DNA of 64,000 nt from Octopus sinensis (taxonomy: Eukaryota), in assembly GCF_006345805.1 (NCBI RefSeq), contig NC_042998.1:8556001-8620000 (forward strand), written 5' to 3'. The notes under the pieces were generated by a model, which worked only from the letters and a program-made list of their open reading frames with translations, was not told where the DNA came from and made no database searches. Positions 12,138 through 25,253 of the stretch are shown here, in pieces; the stretch's first letter is position 1; each line of letters begins with the position of its first letter. The position numbers and the translations under genes are program-made.

Positions 12138-12561
12138 TACTCTTTTCTCTCTCTCTTACTCTTTTACTTGTTTCAGTCATTTGACTGCGGCCATGCTGGA
12201 GGACCGCCTTTAGTCGAGCAAATCGACCCCGGGACTTATTCCTTGTAAGCCCAGTACTTATTCTATCGGTCCTTTTGCCGAACCGCTAAGTAACGGGGAC
12301 GTAAACACACCAGCATCGGTTGTCAAGCAATGCTAGGGGGACAAACACACACACACAAACATATACACACACACTAATATATATATATATATATATACGA
12401 CAGGCTTCTTTCAGTTTCCGTCTACCAAATCTACTCACAAGGCATTGGTCGGCCCGGGGCTATAGCAGAAGACACTTGCCCAAGATGCCACGCAGTGGGA
12501 CTGAACCCGGAACCATGTGGTTGGTTAGCAAGCTACTTACCACACAGCCACTCCTGCGCCT
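12138..12561 (-). mobile_element. tRNA-derived SINE (family A)
   Basis: Minus-strand head with A box TGGCTGTGTGG and B box GGTTCAGTCCC, an internal TA/TG microsatellite and a (GTAAAAGA)n-like tail. Near-identical to 26869-27279 and 44113-44521. Confidence 0.9.
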
Positions 12562-12950
12562 AATATGTCTACATTTATATGTAACCACCCACATATACGC
12601 ATGTATATGTATGTATGTATACATAAAGTAAACAGTAAGATCCAAGAACAAAATAATGACGGTGTCTATCGGCAATTAACGGAAGAAATTTAAAGCGGAT
12701 GTGTCGAAAACACGCCCCACCCAGTTTCATTTATATATTTATGTTAAAGATTTCTTCGAAGCCCTATGTTTTCGACTACAGATTATGTCCCCAAAACAGC
12801 TTTTCAAAATTTAAAATCCCCTCCCATCCATTACGTTTTCCTCTGTTCTTTATATTCTTTCTAAATTTCTCATAGAAATCTTCGGAAATTACGTTTCCGA
12901 GAAGAAAGAAATTTCAAAACTAATTTTGTGAAATCGAAAGAACCCGTTCT

Positions 12951-13050
12951 NNNNNNNNNNNNNNNNNNNNNNNNNNNNNNNNNNNNNNNNNNNNNNNNNN
13001 NNNNNNNNNNNNNNNNNNNNNNNNNNNNNNNNNNNNNNNNNNNNNNNNNN
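12951..13050. other. Assembly gap (100 N)
   Basis: Run of N bases. Confidence 1.
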
Positions 13051-13054
13051 ATAT

Positions 13055-13103
<49 letters not shown>

Positions 13104-13117
13104 TATATATATATAGA

Positions 13118-13319
13118 GAAATCAAAATTTGTGAATCCAGAGTTACGAATCCAAGTTTGTGAAATGAAGTTGAAAGCCGGGCTTCTGAGTCCGAATTCTC
13201 TAAGCTATATCTATATCATATATATATATATCTAGTTCAAAATTCGGACTCAGAAGCCCGGCTTCAACTTCATTTCACAAACTTGGATTCGTAACTCTGG
13301 ATTCACAAATTTTGATTTC
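13118..13319. repeat. Near-perfect inverted repeat (80-bp arms, 43-bp TA-rich spacer)
   Basis: 13118-13197 is the reverse complement of 13241-13319 except for one indel. Confidence 0.9.
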
Positions 13320-13339
13320 ACCAAAATTGACCTCTCAAA

Positions 13340-13625
13340 AAACCTGGCGTCACAAATTTGGTTTACAAAACAAATATGTATTCCGGAAATTTGAATTTCA
13401 TAAAATCTGGCCTCACAAATTCAAACCTTGGATTTCAAACCTTGGAATGTCATAAAATCTGGCGTCACAAATTCAAACCTTGGATTTCGAAACCTTGGAA
13501 TGTCATAAAATCTGGCTTCACAAATTGGTGTTCAATCTTGGATTTAGAACCTCGGAATGTCATAAAATGTCATAAAATCTGTCTTCGGAAATTCGGTGTT
13601 CAGTCTTGGATTTCGAACCTTGAAC
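13340..13625 (+). repeat. Degenerate minisatellite, ~52-57-bp unit, 4-5 copies
   Basis: Recurrent cataaaatctgg..tcacaaatt...ttggatttc.aacctt.gaatgt. Confidence 0.75.
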
Positions 13626-14562
13626 CAAAACATAAATAAATCTAATGTCAAAGAAACTATTTAAACTAAAAGTTCATGGCACAAACGGCTGCCAGACAAC
13701 CTCAATAATTATAGTAAAAAAAATTAAATAGTCAAACAAAAAAATCTAGGTTGCTTTAAATTCACACAAAACTGCTTCATACAAGCATGCTGAGTAACCG
13801 TTAGTCAAAATTTACAGTTGTCTAGTACAAAAAATTGGCTACATGAAAAATTTAAATTCATACACTCATTAGCTATGTATATAAATTTTAACATTTATCT
13901 GAACAGAAAATAACTAGCAAAATTACTACACAACCTGCCAGAAATGCAGGTTTCAAAATTCACATAAATATTATAACATAACATAACTTAAGAGAATTTT
14001 TGTACTCACCCAGTTGTGACACAGAATTATTTTAAAACTGACAATCAAAAAGTTCTGGGGAATTCCTGGAGCATAATATGTTTCAAAAATGCCTAGAACC
14101 AAGCACAAACTGCAATAACTAAACAGGTAATCATAGCTTCCAGAATCCAGGTGAACCTTGTCTCACAGAATAAAAACAGTCACAAAATACTGGGGTACAA
14201 TTATCTCTGCTAATGAAGGTTTGCTAAGGTCCAGCCAATTTGCTAGAGTTTCACAGTTTGGCTATTAACACCTAGCTTCCCCCATTTTGACAATGGACTT
14301 CATTCTAACCTTACATTGCAGTATGAAAAACTGTTTACTTGTGTTTAACTTAACATTATCCGATAAAGGTTTTTATCGTTTTTAAGTTCTACCAATACAT
14401 AATAGACCACACACACACACAGCACACCACGCACACACACACCCACAACACACACACACACACACACCACACACCACACCACACACACATATATTATATA
14501 TATATATATATTATATATATAATTATATATATATGATTTAGAGGTTAGACAACCATCTAAGG

Positions 14563-17413
14563 CAGGGGTCTCCAAATTTTCCAGCGGAGGGCCACATTGC
14601 TGAATTTTTAAGCTACGCCGGGGGCCAAGGTTCTAAATTATTTATTTTACCAAAATAATATAATAATAGTGAATTAATAATTAAAAAAGGTTATTTATTC
14701 AGTACATAATCACAATGTATATAATATCAGTAACAATTAACATGTTTTTTTTTTAACTTGATCAATAGGGGAAACATGAAATTGTTTCATTTCTGACAAA
14801 ATTTTGTCCAACTGAGGTTCAAAATGAGTGGTTCCAATAACAAGCAATGCATTTAAATGTTCATCAGACAATTGTGATCTGTAGCAGGATTTTGTGTATT
14901 TCATCTTTGAAAAAGTCTTCTCACACAAATATGTGGTGCCAAAACTGAAATGAATTCACAGGCAAACCTCCTTAAATGAAGAAATTGGTCGGATGGAAGG
15001 CATTTGTAGAATTCAATCAAATTTCCCTCTTTATATTTGTCCTTCAGGATGTCATTGGATTGCAAATCAATAACTTCCATTTGTAACTCATAAGAAGGTA
15101 AGTCTCCAATAACAGAGTTAAATGGATTTTCAAAAATTCTTAGTTTTGAAGAACATGCATCAAGATCAGAAAAACGTTCTTCAAACTGTTGTTTCAAAGC
15201 TAAAATGACATCTTGAGCAAACAAGTTTGGAAATGGAGTGGCAGCTTCCTGTCTATATTTGTCACATCGTGAAAAATGAGTAAAGCAGCTTCTTGTTAAC
15301 TGACTTTCAAATAGTATTAATTTCTTACGAAAAGCTTTCACCTTTGAGTACAAATCACAGATGAGTGAAGTTTCACCTTGTATCCGTAGGTTGAAATCAT
15401 TGAGATGCATAGTTAAATCGGCTGAAAATGCTAATTTCCAGAGCCATTCACTGTCTTTGAGCAACACCTGTGAATGGTTTTTTCTCATTTAAAAATATTT
15501 CAATTTCAGTTCGAAGCTCAAAAAATCTAGCCAGAATTTTTCCATAGCTAAGCCATCTTACTGAAGTATAGTAAGGTAGGTCTGGAAACTCAGCATTCAT
15601 TTCCTCCAAGAAATCACGAAATTGGCGATGTTTGAGTCCATGAGATCTTATGTAGTTAACAGTGGAAATCACAGGATCTAATACAGATGATAAATCAAGA
15701 TGCTTCCACACAGTGCTTGCTGATGAAGAATACAATGCAATACCAAAGGTTTCAATCACCGGAATTCTCAATTACTTTGTTAATTTGCCCAACTAAGCCC
15801 TTTTTGGTTCCACACATATTTCTGCCACCATCTGTTGTTATGCATTTTAGTTTTTCCATTCCAATTATACTCAGCCACTGACTTTTCCACTTCTCTAAAA
15901 ATATCTATGCCTGTTGTTGTTCCATGCATGCTGTGCACAGATACAAGTTCCTCAGTAATCTCAAAATTGGCATTTATTCCTCTGATGAACAATAACAATT
16001 GGGATGTGTCTGATACATCAATTGACTCATCAAGTGCAACAGAAAAGCATACAAACTTGCTGGCTTTGTCTTTTAGCTGTGATTTAATATTTCTTCAATA
16101 TGTTCAACCCTACGAGCACAGTGTTCGCAGAAAGACTAATTGCGGAAAATAAATCTACGTTTTCTGGACACATTTCCTTAGCTACCTCATTCAAGCACTT
16201 TTTTATAAGTTCACCATCTGTAAATGGCTTACCTTTCTTCGCCAAAAGTTAGCACATGGAAGCTTGCTCTTGTTGCTCTCTCTTTTTTCTACAGCCTTCT
16301 TCTTGAAAACAAACTGCATTGATGATAAATTCTTCTTTAATTTGTCAAATTTCTCTTTACGTAGCTGTCCAATGAATTGGTAGTACTGTGATGAATGCTT
16401 TTTTTCATAATGTCTCCGAATGTTGTACTCTTTAAGTACTGCAATTGTGTCGGTGCATATAACGCATAGTGCCTTGTTGTTTGACTCTATGACAAAATAG
16501 TCTATGTTCCATTGTTCCTTAAAAACTCTACACTCAGAGTCGATTTTTCGTTTTCTTCCTTGAGCTAACATTTTTACCATGGGTCGACAGATTTTGCTCG
16601 ACGATATATGTAAAAGGACGAAACAAGTAAACAAATATTCACAGGTCACTCGATACGTGCATTCACTTCGGCAGCGACGACGACAAATGACTCACCTTGT
16701 GCACAACGAAAACGCCAAGTCTGTGCTGACTGACGGAATGCGCATCGAACTTACTACTCCACGCTGATTGGCGACTGCACCAGATTAGAAACCACCACAC
16801 AACGTCAGGCTCAACAACCCTCTCTATTCATCGCTCGTGAGATGTAGGTAACATCGATAAATCGATATTTGTCTTCTTTTATATACTAGGCACGGGACTT
16901 TTATTAACGTCATACTTGTCGTATCTGCTCTCTCGACAGTTGACGGAATAGGTTGACTTTTCTGCGACATCAATAAAGCTAGAAATTGAATCTCTGCTTC
17001 ATTGTAAGCAGCACCATCCATCTCACTGACATCGCCTATTATCTAAGATGAATGATAGGTAGCTCCATAGCGAAGTTAATTCATTTTATGGTGGTTCTGA
17101 TGGGTCAGTTAAACGGGGGGAGTGAAAAGAACCTATATTTACACTAAAGTTTAGTGTATAAATTTTTAATTCGCCGGCGCAATTTAAAGACATTAATTGA
17201 TGGCAAATCAATTAGCGTCGTCTTGCGTCTATTTGCTGTACTATATTTGTCAAACGTATTAAAAGGGGTGTAAAGTATATTTGTTTTTGTATGATTTCGG
17301 CAAGGCTTGTTTTTCGACATTGGTTTTATAATTTTGGAGGACAGCTCGGCGGGCCGGATTAAAAACCTTGGCGGGCCGAATCCGGCCCGCGGGCCGTACT
17401 TTGGAGACCCCTA
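14563..17413 (-). mobile_element. Full-length hAT DNA transposon (Buster/Charlie/SPIN-like)
   Basis: TIRs CAGGGGTCTCCAAA and TTTGGAGACCCCTA. Perfect 8-bp TSD ATCTAAGG at 14555-14562 and 17414-17421. Subterminal ggcgggccg repeats. Confidence 0.97.
14737..16580 (-). pseudogene. hAT transposase pseudo-ORF (~600 codons, several frameshifts)
   Basis: Zn-finger ALCVIC...RRHYEKKH, LDES, TTDG, VRWLS, WLWKLAF and CEKTFSKMK, split over ORFs 16203-16649, 15780-15998, 15448-15771, 14901-15488 and 14737-14928. Confidence 0.93.
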
Positions 17414-17543
17414 ATCTAAGGGATAATGAATATCCAATATACTACTGGATGTATACCTATATTTATCCAAATGCTTACTTTTGCAAGGCAATAGTGGAAT
17501 TGAATAATAGGCATGTGTGGAGGTAAGCAAAAGTTTAGCCAGA

Positions 17544-17719
17544 ATTCATAAGGCAAGGAAGAAATTGGAGAAGATAATTAATTAACAAACATCAGCTTAC
17601 AAACATTTATTCTTTGTTTATTTATTATTTATTTATTAATATGATTGTAATTAATAAATGGATCTGACTGATGTTTGTCAATTAATTATCTTCTCCACTT
17701 TCTTCCTTGCCTTATAAAT
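17544..17719. repeat. Inverted repeat, ~52-bp arms with AT-rich spacer (MITE-like)
   Basis: ataaggcaaggaagaaattggagaagataattaattaacaaacatcag matches the reverse complement of 17668-17719 with about 3 mismatches. Confidence 0.8.
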
Positions 17720-18094
17720 ATATATATATATATTATATAAAATCCGTTCTGTCTGTGTGTGTGTGTCTACTAGGATCTCGGGCATCCTCCAGCCGATTGC
17801 GCTGAAATTTGATATGTAGATACCGATGGTATCAGGGCATGTATAAGTCTTGAAAAAATTACAAAATTCGATTCCAGGTGAGAATGCGATCGATAAAGTA
17901 AATAAAATCGTTCTTCTTTCTATAATAGTAAAAAGCCTATCTTTATTTCTTCTTTTGCTGGTGTCTCAAATTTAGGTTAAATCAGTGTTTCTCAAAGGGG
18001 GGGAATATGGGACAGTCGGACAAGTTGTTTTGAGAAAATTTGGTTTAAATGTTTGACAACTAAGCACCGCCCATTGGACGGGCGCGTTTTACTC

Positions 18095-18096
<2 letters not shown>
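17720..18096 (+). mobile_element. Helitron-like non-autonomous element (different family)
   Basis: 5' tatataaaatccgttctgtctgtgtg and a 3' hairpin cgccc-attggac-gggcg followed by CTCG|T (degenerate CTAG). Confidence 0.6.
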
Positions 18097-18146
<50 letters not shown>

Positions 18147-18457
18147 AGAACTTTAGTTAGTTATGTCACAAATATATTTTAACTAACCTAAATTCGCGAA
18201 TGCATATTCCCTACTTGATGTTGATATTGTTGGATTTACATACATGTATGTGTATGTGTATATGTGTGTGTGTGTGTGTGCACGCGTGTGTGAGAGTGCG
18301 TGTATGTGTGTGTGTATGAATGTGTGTATGTATGTATATGTATAGAGAGACTGAGAGAGAGAAAGAGTGAGAGAGACAGGCAGACAGACTGTCGGACAGA
18401 CAGAGAAACAGACAGACACACAGGCAGACAAATAGACAGACAGACAGAGAGACAGAC

Positions 18458-18533
<76 letters not shown>

Positions 18534-18910
18534 GCACACACCCCAATTAGCTATCATTAGCTGTCATTCAACAGTTTCGGCCCATTAGCATTATGTATGT
18601 ATATATACATGCATACATGCATGCATGTATGTATGTGTGTATGTATGTATGTATGTATGTTTGTATGTATGTGTGTATGTATGTATGTATGTATGTATGA
18701 ATGAATGTATGTATGTGTGTATGTATGTATGTGTGCATGTATGTATGTATGTATGTATGTGTGTATGTATGTATGTATGTACGTACGTACGTATGTATGT
18801 ATGTATGTATGTACGTATGTACGTACGTATGTATGTATGTATGTATGTATGTATGTATGTATGTATGTATGTATGAATGTATGTATGTATGTGAGTATGT
18901 ATATATATGA
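18097..18910. repeat. Compound microsatellite block (TA, TG, GACA, GATA, TATG)
   Basis: Directly visible tandem units. Confidence 0.95.
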
Positions 18911-19233
18911 TTTCCTCCAATTCGTATTTAGCCTACTCTAAACGTTAACGGAATAACTTTCCTTCGAAAAGATTACATGGTTCGAATAAATAACTGATGT
19001 GTATCTAAATTAGTTCAACCAATCTAGAACTAAGAAAATACTATCACTCTTCACTTAGTTTCCTTAAATATACTAGAGTAACGGATGTTTCCGTCCTGCT
19101 TGCAAATATATTTCCGCTCGCAAGCCACAATTGTCTCTTGTCCTCGCTTGACTCTTTATCGGCGGTAGGTATTCTTCGAAATGAAATATTGAGTTACGTT
19201 TAACGTTAGTTCAGCTCATTTCACAAAAGTATA

Positions 19234-19618
19234 TGGAAGCACTCCGTCGGTTACGACGACGAGGGTTCCGGTTGATTCGAATCAACGGAACAGCCTGTTC
19301 GTGAAATTAACGTGTAAGTGGCTGAGCACTCCACAGACACGTGTACCCTTAACGTAGTTCTCGGGGATATTCAGCGTGACAGAGGGAGTGACAAGGCCGG
19401 CCCTTTGAAATACAGGTACAACAGAAACAGGAAGTAAGAGTGAGAGAATGTTGTGGTGAAAGAGTACAGCAGGGATCACCACTCAGCTCCTGCCGGAGCC
19501 TCGTGGAGCTTTAGGTGTTTTCGCTCAATAAACACTCACAACGCCCGGTCTGGGAATCGAAACCGCGATCCTATGACCGCGAGTCCGCTGCCCTAACCAC
19601 TGGGCCATTGCGCCTCCA
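19234..19618 (-). mobile_element. tRNA-derived SINE, head B + tail Y
   Basis: Head ggaggcgcaatggcccagtggttag...gtttcgattcccagacc. The tail is shared with 23386-23694 and 30366-30690. Confidence 0.88.
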
Positions 19619-20139
19619 CACAAAAGTATATAATACATATCCGACAGCAATCACTCAAAGAAATAGTCCGTGGGAGCACATAAGCAACAGTTGATGCGTT
19701 TTTTTCTGCGATTCCTTAAAATCAAATAACCATAGACATCTGAGGTTCAATACAAACAGATGGCAAACTTGCTGCCTCTCGCGACAGATGGAAAGAAACA
19801 GTTGTGTATTGAAGAACCGAGCAACAAATATATTCTACTTCAATGGGAAAGTGAGAAACCAAAAATTCAGTTTCTTAGAATCATAATCCCTATAGTGTTC
19901 GTTAGTTTTGGATTTAAATATTTCTTTCAACAAGCTATATGCGTATAAGTTTGTATATTTGAAGTACAAATTTCAGTTTCCAAGCAAGATGAAAAATCTC
20001 CGTAAGTTAGCAGTTCGGCAAAAGATACTGATAGAATAAGTATCAGGCTTAGAAGAAAATAAGTACTAAGGTCGACTAAACCCTTCAAGACAGTGCCCCA
20101 GCATGGCCGCAGTCTGTTTACTGAAACAAAAAAGGCATG

Positions 20140-20391
20140 CACATACACACACACACACATACATACATACATACATACATACATACATACATACACACAC
20201 ACACATACATACATACACACACACACACATACATACATACATACATACATACATACATACATACACACACACACATACATACATACATACATACAACATA
20301 CTACATACATACATACATACATACATACACACGCACACATACATACATACACACACACACACATACATCATACATACATACATACATACAT

Positions 20392-20422
<31 letters not shown>

Positions 20423-21875
20423 TCATACATACACACACACACACACATACATACACACACACACATACATACATACATACATACATACATACATGCATAC
20501 ATACATACACACACACATACATACATACACACACACACATACATACATACACACGCACACACACATACATACATACACACACACACACATACATACACAC
20601 ACACACACATACATACATACACACACATACCCGTTTTACGTGTTGCTGAGTCTGCATGCTAAAATACCCTGTTGTTGATGTTGAAATTCCAATGAAGGAG
20701 CCTCGAATCTAGGTTAGAAACTGGCTCTTGAAATATAACTGAACAATGACATGTATACATACATACATACATACATACATACATACATACATACATACAT
20801 ACATACATACATACATACATACAGTTTTCACGTCCTGCACGTCTCGTCAGATAGCGAGCACGGATTGCTGCCATTGTACAGACTAAGTAAACAATCGCGA
20901 AGTAGCCAAATGTGTGAGTCTTTGGAGCCAGTAAACAACCACTGTGTAATGGCAAGAAACGCTTATCACACGTTTCCGCCTCTTTATAAGGTAACTGGGT
21001 GCTTTTCGGCTCCAGGCTAACTCGACAAAGTATCTCGAAGCTGCAGTAAACCACCTCAGATATACCGTGTGAAAGGCCACCCACAAACATATGCCTTGCT
21101 GCTTTGTATAGGATTCAAAGCTAAAAGCCAAGAGATCACACTTTGTGAGAGAGAAACAAACAATGGATGTCGGCTTCCGACTGCAGATATACATACATGC
21201 ATGCATACATACATACATACATACATACATACATACATACATACATACATACAAACATACATACATACATACATACATACATACATACATGCATGCATAC
21301 ATACATACATACATACATACATACATACATACATACATACATACATACATACATACATGATATGATGGCCGTCCACTCGTGACCGAGGAAGACCATTGCC
21401 AACCTTCAGGAACATTGTGCGCTCTAGGACTAACTTATATTTTGCATTTGCGGCTCCGTTGGTGGCTAATGAGCCCTGCTCTTGACAAGCATACACGACT
21501 GCAAACATTGCAGACCAAGCTTTCCCCATTCACTATACGAGCCGTGCGCTTTCTCGCAGCTCGCTTAAGTTCTTCATGCTGGATACGTGCTCTCTCAAAA
21601 GCGTCGATCCCCTCCTTAACCTGCTTCCTCCATCTGTGGCGATAACAGGCATTGTTCTTCCAATTACACATACATACATACATACATTCAAACATACATA
21701 CACACATACATACATATATACACACATACATACATACATACATACATACATACATACATACATACATACATACGTACGTACATACATACATACATACATA
21801 CATACATACATACATACATACATACATACATACATACATACATACATACATACGTACATACATACATACATACAT
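20140..21875. repeat. Series of (CATA)n/(CA)n arrays interleaved with retroelement fragments
   Basis: Four arrays. A ~70-bp direct repeat at 20661-20730 and 21881-21948 follows two of them. Confidence 0.9.
21190..21665 (-). mobile_element. RTE-clade LINE 3' end with (TATG)n tail
   Basis: RWRKQVKEGIDAFERARIQHEELKRAARK...CNVCSRVCLSRAGLISHQR is an RTE-type C-terminal Zn-knuckle. It is followed by a short 3' UTR and a (TATG)n tail. Confidence 0.8.
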
Positions 21876-22302
21876 GCCAAAATGCCCTGTTGTTGATGTT
21901 GAAATTCCAATGAAGGAGCCTTGAATCTAGGTTAGAAACCGGCTCATGATACACACTTATGTATTTGAAAGCGACTGAATTTCTTGTAAATTTATCTCTT
22001 TCACGACGAAGACAGTTTAATGGTAAATATGTACTTTCAATACTACTATAAAGCTTCATCGCGTATGTGCCTTGGTCTTGAGTTCCTAAAACATTTAGCT
22101 GTGATGAAGAATCTAGCGAACTGGAACATTTCTAAATATGCTAGATCCTTCGAGTTAGAACTATTCGCATTAGCGATATAGATCGGCGGTCTAGACCAAC
22201 CGTCGTTGGTCGCTTGGATTAAGTGGGAAATGCTTTGTATGTGACTGAATAGCCCTATTTAGGGTTACAGCATACATCCGGATGGAGAAAAGCATAGAGA
22301 AG

Positions 22303-22563
22303 TGTTGTAACGTAATTTGTTATGTACAATAAAGAAGATAACCAGAAAACAGTAAAAACAATGTAACGAACAAACAAATATCTTTATGAACCAACAATCA
22401 ATATTCCTTGTGAACCAACAAACCGACACCTTCCGACTTCACTGCGAACTAACACGAACTTCACTCAACTCAGAACTCTGAACTTACTCGGATCGTTACA
22501 ATTTATACTTTACACGGGTCAGTCAATCTTTCGCAAGGGGACATCGTAACTCTCATCACAACA
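22303..22563 (-). mobile_element. Solo LTR (261 bp)
   Basis: Termini TGTTGT...ACAACA with a near-TSD agaag/agaaa. TATA-like gtataaat on the minus strand. Confidence 0.65.
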
Positions 22564-22829
22564 AGAAAGTAACCAAAAAATTGTCAATTCACATCAATTT
22601 GTGGGAAGCAGTCATAAACTAAAAAAAAAAATAATAAACTACCAATCCGCCTTTCTATATAAAGTACGATGAAGACACAGCTTTATGCCGGTAACTCAAC
22701 AAGCTGACCACTTCACAAACATCTCTCATGCTAAGCACGGGCTGGTCTTACCGAGTATATGTTGATGTTCTCAATATATACTCTCTTCATGAGGTTGGTG
22801 AAATTTATAGTTTCTTCTAGAAGTCCGAA

Positions 22830-23330
22830 CAACTGCGGAAACGAACCTCATTAACATGGCATGGACTTTGCTGTGAGGAACAGTCTACTGCCTAAAATGG
22901 TTACAACACCAACCAGTATTGAAGCGTAGTTAATGCAATTTCCTATTTCCCTTGTAGAAACACGTTATGTCACGTTACTAGTCGGGACAAGGTCAGGACA
23001 AAGACTAGTTTTAGTAATCAATGTTTGAAATTCCCAAAGTAAGACAAAGTCATCTTCATAGAGAACGTTGCAAGAGAGGATAAAAAATAACTGGGAGCGA
23101 ATGATTGTGGACCATAGTGTTGAGAAAACTTAACAGCAAGACATTAAATGTCTTTCTCTATGTTCGGAATACGACCATCCTTTTACCAAAACCATTTTCC
23201 GGCAGATAAACAAGCACAAGACCTTTAGGAAGCATTCTAGATTCAAACACTGGCATCTTACTGACGCCACATAGTCTGGTGATTAGATTTCAAAAATGTA
23301 CTGCTCACCGCTGCAATGAAACCTGCTTAG
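22830..23330 (+). mobile_element. RTE-like LINE AP-endonuclease remnant
   Basis: HGMDFAVRNSLLPK and TKTIFRQINKHKT...RFKHWHLTD resemble RTE endonuclease motifs (HGVGFAI, KTTWMHPRSKHWHLID). Confidence 0.65.
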
Positions 23331-23385
23331 TTTTCGAGAGATCGCTACTCGTTATTAACAAGGATCATGTTACTACAACTGGAAG

Positions 23386-23694
23386 TGGAAGCACTCCGTT
23401 GGTTACGACGATGAGGGTTCCGCTTGATCCAATCAACGGAACAGCCTGCTCGTGAAATTAACATGTAAGTGGCTGAGCACTCCACAGACACGTGTACCCT
23501 TAACGTAGTTCTCGGGGATATTCAGCGTGACACAGAGAGTGACAATACCGGCCCCTTGAAATACAGGTACAACAGAAACAGGAAGTAAGAGTGAGAGAAA
23601 GTTGTGGTGAAAGAGTACAGCAGGGATCACCACCATCCCCTGCCGGAGCCTCGTGGAGCTTTCTAGGTGTTTTCGCTCAATAAACACTCACAAC
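23386..23694 (-). mobile_element. SINE head B/tail Y, 5'-truncated
   Basis: High identity to 19234-19545; the tRNA boxes are missing. Confidence 0.85.
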
Positions 23695-24035
23695 TATGCT
23701 TCTGATGATACTCAAGATGATACATCAAGAGCCTAAAATGGTGCAATATCAATAGATCCGACTTTTGTTTTAAGTCTCTCACAACCCTGGCTGTTCAACT
23801 CGAAGTCTGGGATGTGACTACTTCCTTAAATTACATGAACTGACTTCAAATCAAGTTGTATTTTAAACGTTTTACTTAAACTAATCATTATAGCAGCGGA
23901 GAAAATGCCTTACATTATCCATTCTGTTTCTTTACATTCTGAGTCGAAATTTCGCTAAGCTCAACTTTGCCTTACATCCCATTGTGTTCAATAAAATAAA
24001 GTGCTATAATCGATATAATCGACTTTTATTCTGAA

Positions 24036-24430
24036 CTAGCAGTATCGCCCGGCGTTGCTCGGGTTTGTAAGGGAAATAACTATATAAGCATTTTTAGAGA
24101 TGTAAGGTATAATAGCCATCTCAATATGGTTAACCACAAAGGTGGGATGTTACTGTAGCTTTTTACGTTCTGAGATTTAATAATAAATTTTTAGAGAGTT
24201 ACTTCCCTTATATATGCCAAAAATGCATTAAAAATGGGAAAAATTGATGGTAATTTTTTTTTAAACCGTAGACTCATCGTAGACGCGCGCTAATACCCAA
24301 AAGGGCTCGATATGAATCACGACTATAAGATACCTGGTTTTGGTTAAACTGCACCGCAAAATGTGGGAGTAGTTAGGAATCTAAATCGTAGGAGACAGAC
24401 AGCACACAACCTCACTTTTATATATAAAGA
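24036..24430 (-). mobile_element. Non-autonomous Helitron
   Basis: A|TC...hairpin-CTAG|T on the minus strand, with the same 5' part as 10679-11075. Confidence 0.88.
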
Positions 24431-24660
24431 TTTGTACATATGTAAAAGAAATCATACTCTATGACACGGTAATGCGGCTGCCGAAAGAATGGGATTTTAC
24501 AAAGAAAGTCTATATATACGTAGATTATATACATACATACATATATATATACACACACACAAACGCGCACACACACACATATATATATATACTTACATAT
24601 ATGTGTGTGTATAAATATCTGTATATATATAGGTATTATGCATATATTTACATACATATC

Positions 24661-24737
<77 letters not shown>

Positions 24738-24743
24738 GGATGG

Positions 24744-24780
<37 letters not shown>

Positions 24781-25199
24781 CATACATACATACATACATA
24801 CATACATACATACATACATACATACATACATACATACATACATGCATACATACATACGTGCATCCGTATGTCGATGAAAATTCCGTTACAATCAGCAAAC
24901 TTTTGAACGATACAGACAAGGGTCTCAGAGAAACTTTAGACTTTGCCTCATTTACGCTCTAAAAAATGAACAATGTGTGTTCAATTCTCTCACATTGCTT
25001 TCTAGATTGCTCGTTTATCTTATCCGTTATATTATATCTGGCACACACGCGCACTCATACACACACAAACACACACACACGCACGCTTTTAGAAGTACAT
25101 ACATACACATTTACATGTGTGGTTACCATATATACAAATACGTTTGTGAGTCTGTGTTTGTATATATACATGTGCACACACACGCACACACATATATAT

Positions 25200-25253
<54 letters not shown>

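Noticed and set aside
18183-21924. Many long ORFs (YVCM, HTYI, SIYL repeats)
   Set aside because: Translations of TATG/CATA/GATA microsatellites with no codon-level complexity.
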